Virus record (IMG/VR): IMGVR_UViG_3300038797_000099
Span: 1 to 52,892 of that record
DNA: 52,892 bases
DNA from: a virus
Taxonomy: Duplodnaviria; Caudoviricetes
Direction: 5' to 3' (one strand)
A program made the translations under genes and the position numbers. Shown piece after piece: positions 1-8,701 of the stretch. How positions within the stretch are numbered: the first letter of the stretch is position 1; every line of letters starts with the position of its first letter. The notes under the pieces were generated by a model that searched no databases, was not told where the DNA came from, and saw only the letters and a program-made list of their open reading frames with translations.

Positions 1-1032
1 TCACTTGGTGGGCATGACCTTTTTGCCCTTTCGATTGCGGATGTATTGCTCGGTCATCACCACCGTCGTATGCCCAAGTTGATCTCTGGCTTGCAAGATA
101 TCACCACTGGATTCCGCCTTATCGGTACCCGCCTTGGCGCGCAAGTCGCGCATCTGAAACTCCGCTTTCGGCACGCCGGCCGCCTCCCTGGCCAAGTCAA
201 ACCTCCTGCGCAACATCGCCACCGTCATCGGTGTGCCGTCCTCTGTAACGATCAGCCGCGTCGAGCGGACCTTGTGTTCTGATTTCCGGGACATGATTCG
301 ATCAATCAAAACCTTCAGTTCGCCCGTTATCTCGATCCGACGCTTCGCCTTTGTCTTGCCCTGCAGCACCCAAATCTGCCCGTCGCGCACGTCGCGCTCG
401 TCCATCAGCCGGGTGTCGCTCACCCGTTGCCCGGTCAGATAGGCGAGGTCCATTGCGTCCTGTAGGCCCACGTCTGCGTTGTCGTGCACACGCTTGAACA
501 GCGCATCTTCGACATACGTGTCCCGCCCGGTTTCCTTATTGCCCTTGATGCCCGCGCATGGGTTGGCAAGGGAGGTGTAGCCTTTATCCCTGGCGTAATT
601 CCAGATGGCGCTGAGCAGTGCCTTCTCGCGGTTCGCGCGCACCGGCGCGGCCTTGCGCCATGTCAGGTACTGGCGTACGTGCAACGGCTCGATCGTTTCC
701 AGCGGCGCTGGCGGATCGTCGAAGAAAGCGATGAGGTTTTTCAGCTCGCGCTTGTTGTCAGCCTGGGTGGCCGTGCCTTTGGTAGGGACGACGTCGACCA
801 TATATTTTTCGGCGACGTAGCGGAACGTGATGACCTTGGCGACCAGATCGGTTGCGGTGCGATCACGCTCAAGCTTCGCGTACTCCATGATCGCCAAGCC
901 GTAATCGCTGCCCAGTGGAATTTCCTTTCGGTCTTTGCCGCCCGTGTCGTAGTAGTAGAACACCCGGCCGCTGGCTTTCTTGCGCTCCCGCAGCCTGGCG
1001 ATCGAGCCGGGTTTACTTGGTCGTCTTCCCAT
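1..1032 (-). CDS. int: Tyrosine integrase
   Basis: Catalytic motifs TGQR..D, RDLRAK, LGH..VMTEQY; ATG at 1032 (MGRRPSK) follows xis stop. Confidence 0.93.
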   Translation of the reverse strand: MGRRPSKPGSIARLRERKKASGRVFYYYDTGGKDRKEIPLGSDYGLAIMEYAKLERDRTATDLVAKVITFRYVAEKYMVDVVPTKGTATQADNKRELKNLIAFFDDPPAPLETIEPLHVRQYLTWRKAAPVRANREKALLSAIWNYARDKGYTSLANPCAGIKGNKETGRDTYVEDALFKRVHDNADVGLQDAMDLAYLTGQRVSDTRLMDERDVRDGQIWVLQGKTKAKRRIEITGELKVLIDRIMSRKSEHKVRSTRLIVTEDGTPMTVAMLRRRFDLAREAAGVPKAEFQMRDLRAKAGTDKAESSGDILQARDQLGHTTVVMTEQYIRNRKGKKVMPTK

Positions 1033-1033
1033 G

Positions 1034-1240
1034 TCAGCTGGCCTTACGTGATTTCCATACGGGCTTTTCAGATTCAAATGCGCCGACGGCGGTGACCGCC
1101 ATCGCGGTGACGCTCGGCCAGCCGTTCACTTTAATGGTATGGCGGACGCCGTTCTTTTTCAGGTTGAGGATCTGACCTGCCTTGGTTCGCGCGCCGGTGA
1201 GCTCGCAAACCTCCTCGTGGGATAGAAACTGGATGGTCAT
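1034..1240 (-). CDS. Excisionase-like small DNA-binding protein (DUF4224-like)
   Basis: FLSHEEVCELTG..Q...L winged-helix pattern directly upstream of int; GGAG SD. Confidence 0.75.
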   Translation of the reverse strand: MTIQFLSHEEVCELTGARTKAGQILNLKKNGVRHTIKVNGWPSVTAMAVTAVGAFESEKPVWKSRKAS

Positions 1241-1283
1241 GTGATGCTCCATGCCGTGCGTGGCGGCAGAAGGTGGTGATGGG

Positions 1284-1475
1284 TTACAGGTTCACTACCT
1301 GACTGTTCGGATCGAAAGGTTTGCCATCGGGATCTACCACCAGGCGCGGCACGTTCTTTTGAAGAAACTCATCGAAACACTGTGGGCAATAACTGGCCTG
1401 AGTGGTCTGGAGTTGAGCGTGCCCGGTGTAGCCGCACTTCGGACACTTGAGTGCTGTGGGGATAATGAAAGCCAT
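1284..1475 (-). CDS. Small zinc-ribbon protein
   Basis: CPKC...CPQC; GAGGA SD before ATG 1475. Confidence 0.65.
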   Translation of the reverse strand: MAFIIPTALKCPKCGYTGHAQLQTTQASYCPQCFDEFLQKNVPRLVVDPDGKPFDPNSQVVNL

Positions 1476-1526
1476 GAGGATTCCTCGCCCGCCGTACACC
1501 GGCAGGCTGTTGAGTTGGGGGAGGGG

Positions 1527-1955
1527 TTAAACGGTGGCGGTCTGGCCAAAGCCGGAGATGGTCAAGGTCTCATCGACTTCTTTCACAACCTTGAACTGCA
1601 GAGTTACTGCCCGCTGAGTGGAGAGGTTGAAATAATCCCAATACCTGACTACCCACTCAGCCATTTCCTTGTGGCGCGGCCCAACCACTGTTCCGTAAAT
1701 GCCGCAGGCCCCGAGATAGCCCATGAACTCATCGATGTTCATATAAGGCCGAATATCGTGGTCATCGATGTCGAGCATTCGCTCAAACAGCTCTGCCATC
1801 TGCACTAGTGATTCGCGAAAGTGCTGGGAGGTCACGAAGTGCTTCTTGTAGAGCGCCCAGATCTTGAGGGTTATGCCGCCCGCATCGAACGCGGGCCAAG
1901 CCTCGTCCTCAACTTTCAGATTGGCTGGATCAAACGCGATTTTTACAATCATCAC
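1527..1955 (-). CDS. Hypothetical protein
   Basis: 142-aa ORF, GTGA-coupled to upstream mini-ORF. Confidence 0.6.
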   Translation of the reverse strand: MMIVKIAFDPANLKVEDEAWPAFDAGGITLKIWALYKKHFVTSQHFRESLVQMAELFERMLDIDDHDIRPYMNIDEFMGYLGACGIYGTVVGPRHKEMAEWVVRYWDYFNLSTQRAVTLQFKVVKEVDETLTISGFGQTATV

Positions 1956-2005
1956 CGCGGCCCCTTGTAGCAGTAGACGTAGGCGAACCAGGCGAGGGCG
2001 ATCAT
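1952..2005 (-). CDS. 17-aa hydrophobic micro-peptide (MIALAWFAYVYCYKGPR)
   Basis: ATGA overlap with upstream stop and GTGA overlap with downstream start. Confidence 0.45.
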   Translation of the reverse strand: MIALAWFAYVYCYKGPR

Positions 2006-2193
2006 GGCGTCACCTGTTTAGCTTTGCGTTCGAGCTTGTTCCAGCGGCGGACCACCGCTTCTTCGGAGCAGGCGTGCTGGAGCTTGAATTCACAGCCGCG
2101 GCATTCAACCCAGCTTGCGGCATTCGAGGCGCTGTCGACTTCGAGGTCATCATCGCCGCATTCAGGACAAGGTTTCGGTTTTGGATCGCTCAC
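2002..2193 (-). CDS. Lar-family restriction alleviation-like zinc protein
   Basis: PKPCPECG...WVECRGC...AVVRRWN signature; GTG start at 2193. Confidence 0.7.
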   Translation of the reverse strand: MSDPKPKPCPECGDDDLEVDSASNAASWVECRGCEFKLQHACSEEAVVRRWNKLERKAKQVTP

Positions 2194-2270
2194 GAGATCA
2201 CCGCCTTTATGGTCAGTACCAATGGAAGCCAGAAGAAGAGGGTGCAGCCGAGTAAGCACTTGGTGATCAT
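2190..2270 (-). CDS. 26-aa hydrophobic micro-peptide (MITKCLLGCTLFFWLPLVLTIKAVIS)
   Basis: ATGA/GTGA coupling at both ends; single TM-like stretch. Confidence 0.5.
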   Translation of the reverse strand: MITKCLLGCTLFFWLPLVLTIKAVIS

Positions 2271-2905
2271 GGCGTCACACGCTTGAACTCGACGACCCAG
2301 ACCCATGGGTTGGCGTCCCAGTCGCCGCCGGTGGAGTTCCACAACTCCTTCCAAGCCGCCGGGTACCAGTCTCGGTAATTCGGCGAAACGTCATCGCTTG
2401 CCAGTTCCGGCGGACACTCCAGGCCTTCCGCCCGGATATCGGCGCGGCTGATGTCTTGCAACCGCTCGACGCGCACGTCGGTGATCTCCAGCAGGATGCG
2501 GCAGGCCCAGCGCGGCATGTGGATGCTCGGTTTCCAAACTGGCTGATCGGTTTCATACGGGGTCAGCCCGTCGGCGGCGTACACCAGCGTGCCGTCGTCG
2601 CGTGCCTCGATCACATCCAAGTCATCCGGTTTGAGGTAGGGGCCGCGCATGACCTCGTTGTGATCGCAGTACCAGGTCTCGCGCACCCACAGCCGGTCGC
2701 CGGGGTTTCCGAAGGGGCATTCCGGATTGCGCTTCGTGACGTCTGGGTTACGGATGAAGGGCTGGCCTTTGCCGTAGCTGCCAATGTCGGCACGTGAACG
2801 CGGCTGAACTTTGACCGGCCGCCGCGTGACCGTCTTCCGGCCATCCAGAATGGCGCGCACCATCGGGGCCGAGAACAGGATCGGCCGTTCCTTGACGTTG
2901 CTCAT
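2267..2905 (-). CDS. Conserved phage protein with ASCH/PUA-like N-terminus
   Basis: ERPILFSAPMVRAILDGRKTVTRR...GDRLWVRETW...WKPSIHMPRWA...NPWVWVVEF; ATGA overlap. Confidence 0.8.
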   Translation of the reverse strand: MSNVKERPILFSAPMVRAILDGRKTVTRRPVKVQPRSRADIGSYGKGQPFIRNPDVTKRNPECPFGNPGDRLWVRETWYCDHNEVMRGPYLKPDDLDVIEARDDGTLVYAADGLTPYETDQPVWKPSIHMPRWACRILLEITDVRVERLQDISRADIRAEGLECPPELASDDVSPNYRDWYPAAWKELWNSTGGDWDANPWVWVVEFKRVTP

Positions 2906-3273
2906 GAGTTCACCTTTTCGAAGTGGAACACCACCGCCGCGCCGGTCTCGGCTACCAGGCCGTATGCCTTGGCCATGCGGTAGTTGGGGTGGTAGAGATT
3001 GAGGCTTTTTACGTGTCCGGCCAGCCAGCCTCGCCAAGCTTCCAGCGGCATATGCGCCTTGCTGAGGTTGCACGGCACGCAGGCGGGCATCATGTTTTCG
3101 AGGTTGTGGTTCTCCGGGCGCTCGGCGTTTCCTTCCCAGCGAGGGCTGGTGCCGCGCCGCACTGCTTCGAAGTGATCGGCGTGCCATTTCTCGCCCAGAG
3201 GCACGCCGCAGTAAGCGCAGTGCCCGCCGTATTTCAGGCGAACGAGTTCGCGCTCCGCTTTTTTGAGTCGCAT
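2902..3273 (-). CDS. HNH endonuclease
   Basis: CAYCG...ADH...N...PACVPCN motif. Confidence 0.85.
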   Translation of the reverse strand: MRLKKAERELVRLKYGGHCAYCGVPLGEKWHADHFEAVRRGTSPRWEGNAERPENHNLENMMPACVPCNLSKAHMPLEAWRGWLAGHVKSLNLYHPNYRMAKAYGLVAETGAAVVFHFEKVNS

Positions 3274-3441
3274 GCGGATTCCTTGCCGCTATAGCGGCTA
3301 AAATATGTACAAGGGAATTGGAGCTGTAGAGGTATTGAAACCAGCCGTCCGTAACCGCTTCGGCGCCGTTGCGCTTCGTTCGATCAGGTCTATCTTTGGA
3401 GGAGTTTTAAGCCCCTATCAAGGAACAGGCAGGAGGGCGGT

Positions 3442-3738
3442 ATGAGGCTTCGCGGCGACATTTTCTGGGCTTGGGCAGATCCCGAGATCCACAACCGAAC
3501 ACATGATGAAACTCTCAGTAATGGAACTCACATCGACGTGCAGGTCAGGCTATCTCGTACCGGCGAAACTCAAATGTTCATCGGTGTTTATGCTTCCGGT
3601 GGCATGGCGTTGCATGAAGAAACCGTTAACCCAAGTCCGGGTGAATCAATGACCAGAGCTATGGCTTGGGGCGTAAGCCGAGCTCGTCAGTTGGCTGCTG
3701 CTGGAAGTGCGAGTCCTAAGTCAGCGTCCTCGAAATAG
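3442..3738 (+). CDS. Hypothetical protein (opposite-strand moron)
   Basis: 98-aa ORF, GGAGG SD. Confidence 0.65.
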   Translation: MRLRGDIFWAWADPEIHNRTHDETLSNGTHIDVQVRLSRTGETQMFIGVYASGGMALHEETVNPSPGESMTRAMAWGVSRARQLAAAGSASPKSASSK

Positions 3739-3900
3739 CGGCTGACTTTGAAGGGGGAGGGAGTAACAATTCGTATTAGGTGCGTCTGGAAAAACTTGTA
3801 CGGAGGTGTAGATTTTGTATAGGAACATGCCAGACTTCAGTTAGGAGATCTCGCTTCACAACCAGCCCGAACAGCCGCGCCCATGCTTTAGAGAACTACC

Positions 3901-4146
3901 ATGGCTTCAAACGACGACTTCAGATTTCAATCACACGCGCATCTCGTTGAGCTCGACGCCGCAACGAACCAGCTGATGATGTTGGTAGTAGCAGGCGAAC
4001 TCTCAGGCAACCGCTGGGATGAAGCGCTTGCGCGGCAAAGCGCCGCCTATTCGGCTTGGTCGAGCGTCGTCGCTGGTGTTCAAATCGATCCGATGCCAGC
4101 TCTTGATGGCCGACCGCCAGAACGTGGCAGCCCCGCTATCGAATAA
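3901..4146 (+). CDS. Hypothetical protein (moron)
   Basis: 81-aa ORF with ATG start in intergenic gap. Confidence 0.55.
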   Translation: MASNDDFRFQSHAHLVELDAATNQLMMLVVAGELSGNRWDEALARQSAAYSAWSSVVAGVQIDPMPALDGRPPERGSPAIE

Positions 4147-4264
4147 GCTCGCTACTTTCTTCGCAAAGTTTTCTGCGCATTCCACCCCTTTTATCGGGGG
4201 CGGGTGGGTGTTGGGCGGTCGCCGGCCAATCAGCTACAGTTTTACGTCTGCCAACGGAGGACGT

Positions 4265-4501
4265 ATGGACTGTTTAATCTGCGGAGCATCGGCTCGGAAG
4301 CTTGAGACCAACTTCCACGGAGATATTTATGACTGCGTTGAATGCGGGAGCTTTGTCGTAAGCGCTGACGTGTTGAAAGAAAGAAAATCTCTCGGAAGAG
4401 TTATGTCAGTTGAGCAAACCCGCCTGTGGCTGGTCAGCCAGAGGCTGGCGAACAAGCATCGTCCAGTGATCAACGCCGGCAACGTCCGCTGGGAAAGATA
4501 G
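4265..4501 (+). CDS. Small zinc-ribbon hypothetical protein (moron)
   Basis: MDCLICG...CVECG; GGAGG SD before ATG 4265. Confidence 0.6.
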   Translation: MDCLICGASARKLETNFHGDIYDCVECGSFVVSADVLKERKSLGRVMSVEQTRLWLVSQRLANKHRPVINAGNVRWER

Positions 4502-4546
4502 CCTGGCTCGCCAAGACTTGGCTGTCACTCGAATGCATGTTGCGCA

Positions 4547-4858
4547 TCATGCAATCTCCATCGATACCAGATCATGGGCATTCACAACCTTCATGCCGAG
4601 GCGTTCAGCAATCAGCACTTCGAGGCGGGCGCCGCTTGAAGAGTGCCAGCCGGGAAGCCTGGCCACTGTGTCGCAATCCATCAGCGCCTTGATGTCGCGG
4701 CGCATGCATTCGCTCCAGGTGCCGCCGTCCGGGTTGAGCTCGGCAGGGTTGGTCACCGTGTGCCCTGCGTCGCGGAGCTGGGCGGTCATGGCGTGGAAAG
4801 CTGGGAAGTTGAGACCGGGAAGGCCTGTCATGGGACCGCTGAGGTAGATGCGCTTCAT
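4547..4858 (-). CDS. DUF4406 (nucleoside 2-deoxyribosyltransferase-like) protein
   Basis: RIYLSGPMTG..NFPAF...NPA...MDCD...LPGW..S.GA.LE pattern. Confidence 0.85.
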   Translation of the reverse strand: MKRIYLSGPMTGLPGLNFPAFHAMTAQLRDAGHTVTNPAELNPDGGTWSECMRRDIKALMDCDTVARLPGWHSSSGARLEVLIAERLGMKVVNAHDLVSMEIA

Positions 4859-5133
4859 GCTGCCACCGTGTCGTGGCCTGGGCAGCCATTACCCGCAAAG
4901 TCGAACCCTTCGCAGGGCGGCCCGAACGGTAGAACTTCTTTGCCCTGGGCCAGAGCCTCGAGCAAATGATCCTTCGCCTCATCGGCGGTGCAATCGCGGC
5001 CACCTTCCATGCGGAACATGCCTTTGAGTTGGCGTTTGCTGAAGTCACGAAGCGCGCCGCGCACGCTTAAGTGAATGTGGAAGGTGCGACCGATCGGGCC
5101 GAATGGATCGGCCGGTTTGTTTTCTGTGGTCAT
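4855..5133 (-). CDS. Hypothetical phage protein
   Basis: 92-aa ORF, ATGA-coupled, C-terminal C..FDF...GCPGH. Confidence 0.7.
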   Translation of the reverse strand: MTTENKPADPFGPIGRTFHIHLSVRGALRDFSKRQLKGMFRMEGGRDCTADEAKDHLLEALAQGKEVLPFGPPCEGFDFAGNGCPGHDTVAA

Positions 5134-5227
5134 GACGGATACCTATGCCGGGGCATGCCCGGGCGGTGGAGGGTGGGGAGATCAGCTAAAGTGAAGGGAT
5201 GTGCCTTCAAGTTTGGTCGAGGGAAAT

Positions 5228-6016
5228 ATGGGGTTTGAAGAAACGCAGAAGGGAAATCCGTACAAGTTGACGATCAATCAACACGTCTTTCCAAAGAAAA
5301 GTATTGATAGATTTGCTGACGGGAAAGGTTTGGTGCAGTTGTTCAGAAAGGGGGGCTCGAAGGCAATCGCGGTTAATTCATCGAACGGTTTGTTTTGTGC
5401 AAAACGTGTTTGGGATCAAAGTACAGAAACTGGAATAGGGAAAAACGTCGAGGACCGATTTCAACGTTTAGTCCAATCGATTTTGGTGAGATCGTTGACG
5501 GTCATTGGCCATTTGGAAAAGGTTGTCGTCGAGGACTTTTTTTCACTTTGGAGAGCAAGGCAAAAATTCAGGACGGAAGGGCTTGAAGATTTCATGTTAG
5601 AGGGCATACACGGCGACTCCCTGAGTAAAGATGAGCAGGAGCGCCTCGAGCATATGCACGTTTTATATTGTAGAGACGGCGTGATGCCTGGGCGATTCGC
5701 GGCAGGAATTCATGTCTTTGGCTACATGGACACATTCCGGCGAGAGAACCAGCACATGCATTGGGGAATTGTTCGTGCGGGAGAAGGTGAATTCATCGTT
5801 CCCGATTGTTTTCAAGACATGATGATGGTTCCCATTTCCCCCAAGCTGATGCTTGTTGCAGATCAGCCAAATTCAACGCTCACTCGTAGCGAGGTCGCAG
5901 TCGTCAATCAGACCGCAATCGATCGATCTACCGACTATTTCTTTGCCAGAAACCTATCGCAATGCCCAGTTTATCGAGATAGCCCACCTAGACTTCACCG
6001 GATCTTTGTTAGCTGA
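5228..6016 (+). CDS. DUF4238-like protein (candidate anti-phage)
   Basis: N-terminal NQHVFPKKSIDRF, NGLFCAK, C-terminal FIVPD...PISPKLML; AT-richer, opposite strand. Confidence 0.6.
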   Translation: MGFEETQKGNPYKLTINQHVFPKKSIDRFADGKGLVQLFRKGGSKAIAVNSSNGLFCAKRVWDQSTETGIGKNVEDRFQRLVQSILVRSLTVIGHLEKVVVEDFFSLWRARQKFRTEGLEDFMLEGIHGDSLSKDEQERLEHMHVLYCRDGVMPGRFAAGIHVFGYMDTFRRENQHMHWGIVRAGEGEFIVPDCFQDMMMVPISPKLMLVADQPNSTLTRSEVAVVNQTAIDRSTDYFFARNLSQCPVYRDSPPRLHRIFVS

Positions 6017-6026
6017 GTGTGCACGA

Positions 6027-6950
6027 TCACGCAGCGGCTCTCAGCGCTTCGAGGATCCGCTGGCCAGCCAGTGGCGGCACGGCGTTACCAGTCATGTGCA
6101 TAGTCAGGCGGTGGTTGTGAGGGCGCAGCGTGTCCTTCGGGAATGACTGAGCGGCCATCGCCTCGTCAGCGCTGATCATCCGCATCATGTCGCCATCTAC
6201 TACGGCCCAGCGGTCCAGCGTGGTGATTGTGCCGATCGGGCGGTCGAGGCTGCGGCCGGTGAGGCCAGAGCCGGAACCGTAGTAAGGCATCACGAACCGT
6301 TCACCGAATTTTTCTCGACCGTTTTTCACGCGCAGCAGTGTCGAAGCGGCGCGGCCTGGCTTGTTGATCGGCGACCACTTGCCGGCATCGAAGTTGATAA
6401 TCTGGCTGGCGGGCACGTGCTGGTAGCGGGGCAGTTGCAAGTGCAAGGGCGCCTTGCTGCGCGAGCAGACCATGAACAAGCGCACGCGGTGCTGCGGGAC
6501 GCCAAGATCGGCGCAGTCCAAGATGTGTGGCGCCAGTGAATAACCCAGCCGCTGCATCGCGTCAGCCCATGCCGGGTACAGGATCCAGTCCATGAACTCC
6601 GGTACGTTCTCGATCACTGCGAGCTCTGGCCGGTTGACCTCGGCATTCTGCACTGGCGCCCAAGCCGTCGATCGCGAGTTGTCGTGCTGAGGGTTGCCGG
6701 CAGCCTTCCCGCGAGCCTTGGTGTGACCTTGGCAGCAGGGCGACGCGAGCATGACATCGTGCTTCGGCACATCAGCCCAGTTCGCCTGGTGCAGGTCTTG
6801 GCACGCGTGGATTGTGTCCGGATTGTTCCTGGTGTGCCACTCCACGGCGGCTGGCCAGTGGTTGGCTGCCCAGAGGACGTTAAGGCCGGCGTCTTTCCCG
6901 CCCCGGGTCCATCCGCCGAAGCCGGAAAACAAGTCAATTGCTGTGTCCAT
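6027..6950 (-). CDS. C5 DNA cytosine methyltransferase (orphan)
   Basis: Motifs DLFSGFGG, SPCCQG (PC), ENV, PQHRVR, GNAV. Confidence 0.93.
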   Translation of the reverse strand: MDTAIDLFSGFGGWTRGGKDAGLNVLWAANHWPAAVEWHTRNNPDTIHACQDLHQANWADVPKHDVMLASPCCQGHTKARGKAAGNPQHDNSRSTAWAPVQNAEVNRPELAVIENVPEFMDWILYPAWADAMQRLGYSLAPHILDCADLGVPQHRVRLFMVCSRSKAPLHLQLPRYQHVPASQIINFDAGKWSPINKPGRAASTLLRVKNGREKFGERFVMPYYGSGSGLTGRSLDRPIGTITTLDRWAVVDGDMMRMISADEAMAAQSFPKDTLRPHNHRLTMHMTGNAVPPLAGQRILEALRAAA

Positions 6951-7000
6951 ATGAAATCCTTGTATCATGCCCGCATCTCAGGGATGCAGGGGTTCGATAA

Positions 7001-7810
7001 TTGAAAAAAATGGTTGGAATACCGTCGTGGCTGAAATCAATTGTCGTGACCGCACTCCTGATAGCAATGATGTTGTTGTGCTCGTTTGTATTAAAGTTCG
7101 GAGTTACTCCTTCAGAGGATCAAGGGGCGTGGGGGCAGTTTGGAGACTTCGTCGGCGGAATATTAAATCCACTTTTTTCGATAATTGGCTTGCTCGCATT
7201 GCTTTACACGATTGTTTTACAGAGCGAAGAATTAAGACGATCCACGCGTGAGCTGAAATCATCTGCTAAGGCATTGAATCGGCAGAATCGTCATAACGCT
7301 CGTCAGCAATTTGATGCGAATTTCTTTCAGTTATTAAATATCCATCGTGAGCTTACCGACAGGCTTAATTCAGACGGGAAGTCTGGGGTGAAGGTTATCG
7401 AAAGTAAGATCTTTCAATTGGGTTGGGCCATCGATAGAAAATCAACAGAAACGTTAACCGTTGATGAAACTCATGATGTATACGATGACTGGGCTCGTAA
7501 CTATCATTATGGTATAGATGGTTATCTGGATAGTCTTACCAACGTAATAAGCTACATATACTTTTCGCCAGTCGGTAAGCGTGCAAGGATTTTTGCGTAC
7601 ACCACTCTTTCTTCAACGATGGCTGTAGAAGAAAGGACGCTATTGCTGGTGGCTGCGACTTTTGACCCAAGACAGACTTGGGTTAGGCAACTATTGGATG
7701 AAGATGATTTTTTTCGCTACTGTCGAACATCTATCTTCAATGCTTCGCAGCTGTGGGAGATTATCCATTCCGATTATGATGACGATTTCGCCGACGGAAC
7801 TGAAGATTAG
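7001..7810 (+). CDS. Membrane-anchored putative phage abortive infection (putAbiC-like) protein
   Basis: Two TM helices with GQFGDFVGGILNPLFS, then QQFDANFFQLL; AT-rich; start may be ATG 7010. Confidence 0.65.
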   Translation: MKKMVGIPSWLKSIVVTALLIAMMLLCSFVLKFGVTPSEDQGAWGQFGDFVGGILNPLFSIIGLLALLYTIVLQSEELRRSTRELKSSAKALNRQNRHNARQQFDANFFQLLNIHRELTDRLNSDGKSGVKVIESKIFQLGWAIDRKSTETLTVDETHDVYDDWARNYHYGIDGYLDSLTNVISYIYFSPVGKRARIFAYTTLSSTMAVEERTLLLVAATFDPRQTWVRQLLDEDDFFRYCRTSIFNASQLWEIIHSDYDDDFADGTED

Positions 7811-7927
7811 CTAGGCTTTGCGGCCCTCTAACTCTAGCTCGCTTGAGCGGCGCGCCTGCCTCGCCGGCTAGCGTGATTCGTAGAAGTGGGGTATTTATCT
7901 TCAATCTCACACTGGCAGGAGGCCGAC

Positions 7928-8116
7928 ATGAGGTTGCAGAGCGATGTAGATGCGCTGGCGGCTATCGAAGAGGACGCCAAGGCTATGCTTAAACGGATAG
8001 GGCTGCCGGACGACGCGGTGAAGCTGGAGGTGGTCGTGTTCCTTCGGGAGGTGATCGACCTGGCCAGCTACATGGAGTCGGGTCATCGTATCGTTGAGCC
8101 GCCTAGTTTCGTCTGA
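7928..8116 (+). CDS. Small hypothetical protein
   Basis: AGGAGG SD, ATG 7928, 62 aa. Confidence 0.6.
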   Translation: MRLQSDVDALAAIEEDAKAMLKRIGLPDDAVKLEVVVFLREVIDLASYMESGHRIVEPPSFV

Positions 8117-8185
8117 GCTGGCGCATTGCCCGTCGTTGCGGTATTTGTGTTCGGCCCGGCATAGGGCCGGATCAAGGAGCTGAAA

Positions 8186-8701
8186 ATGAAGCGCTTCACC
8201 GACAGCCTGAGGTCTTCAGTTGCGAACGAAGATTGGTACGTAGCACTTTCGACTGCTCTAACTTTGCCAGACGTTTGCGGTCGGCTTGCATACCCAGCTA
8301 TGAAAAGCGGAAAACGCTATCCAGCTTGGTTTAAGATTTGGATGGAGCCGGGCTATACGCGAAATATCCCCATGATGGGACTTCATGTTTTCCTTTCAGG
8401 TGAAGATTGTTATGCGCTTCGCTGCAGCTACCTGCATGAAGGCGGCAGCGACATCACACAGCAGCACGCGAGAAAAGCGCTGGATGACTTCCATTTCATA
8501 ATTCCGCCAGGCAACAATAGTTCGATCCACCGAAACCAGATCGGTAACACGCTTCAGCTTCAGGTTGACACGTTTTGTTTGGAAATCGCGGACGCAGTAG
8601 ATCAATGGGCTGAATCTGTGACAGGTGACGAAGATGTCCAGGATCGGATGAAGTCGTTGCTCATGATTCATAACCATGTACCCGGCATCCAGTACAACTG
8701 A
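8186..8701 (+). CDS. Hypothetical protein with HEPN-like Rx4H motif
   Basis: ALTLPDVCG...YALRCSYLHEG; AAGGAG SD. Confidence 0.7.
   Translation: MKRFTDSLRSSVANEDWYVALSTALTLPDVCGRLAYPAMKSGKRYPAWFKIWMEPGYTRNIPMMGLHVFLSGEDCYALRCSYLHEGGSDITQQHARKALDDFHFIIPPGNNSSIHRNQIGNTLQLQVDTFCLEIADAVDQWAESVTGDEDVQDRMKSLLMIHNHVPGIQYN

Noticed and set aside
1-60. attL/attP core
   Set aside because: Window begins at the integrase stop codon; no flanking sequence to compare
6027-6950. Complete type II RM system
   Set aside because: No recognisable restriction endonuclease; kept only as a hypothesis for the 5228-6016 neighbour
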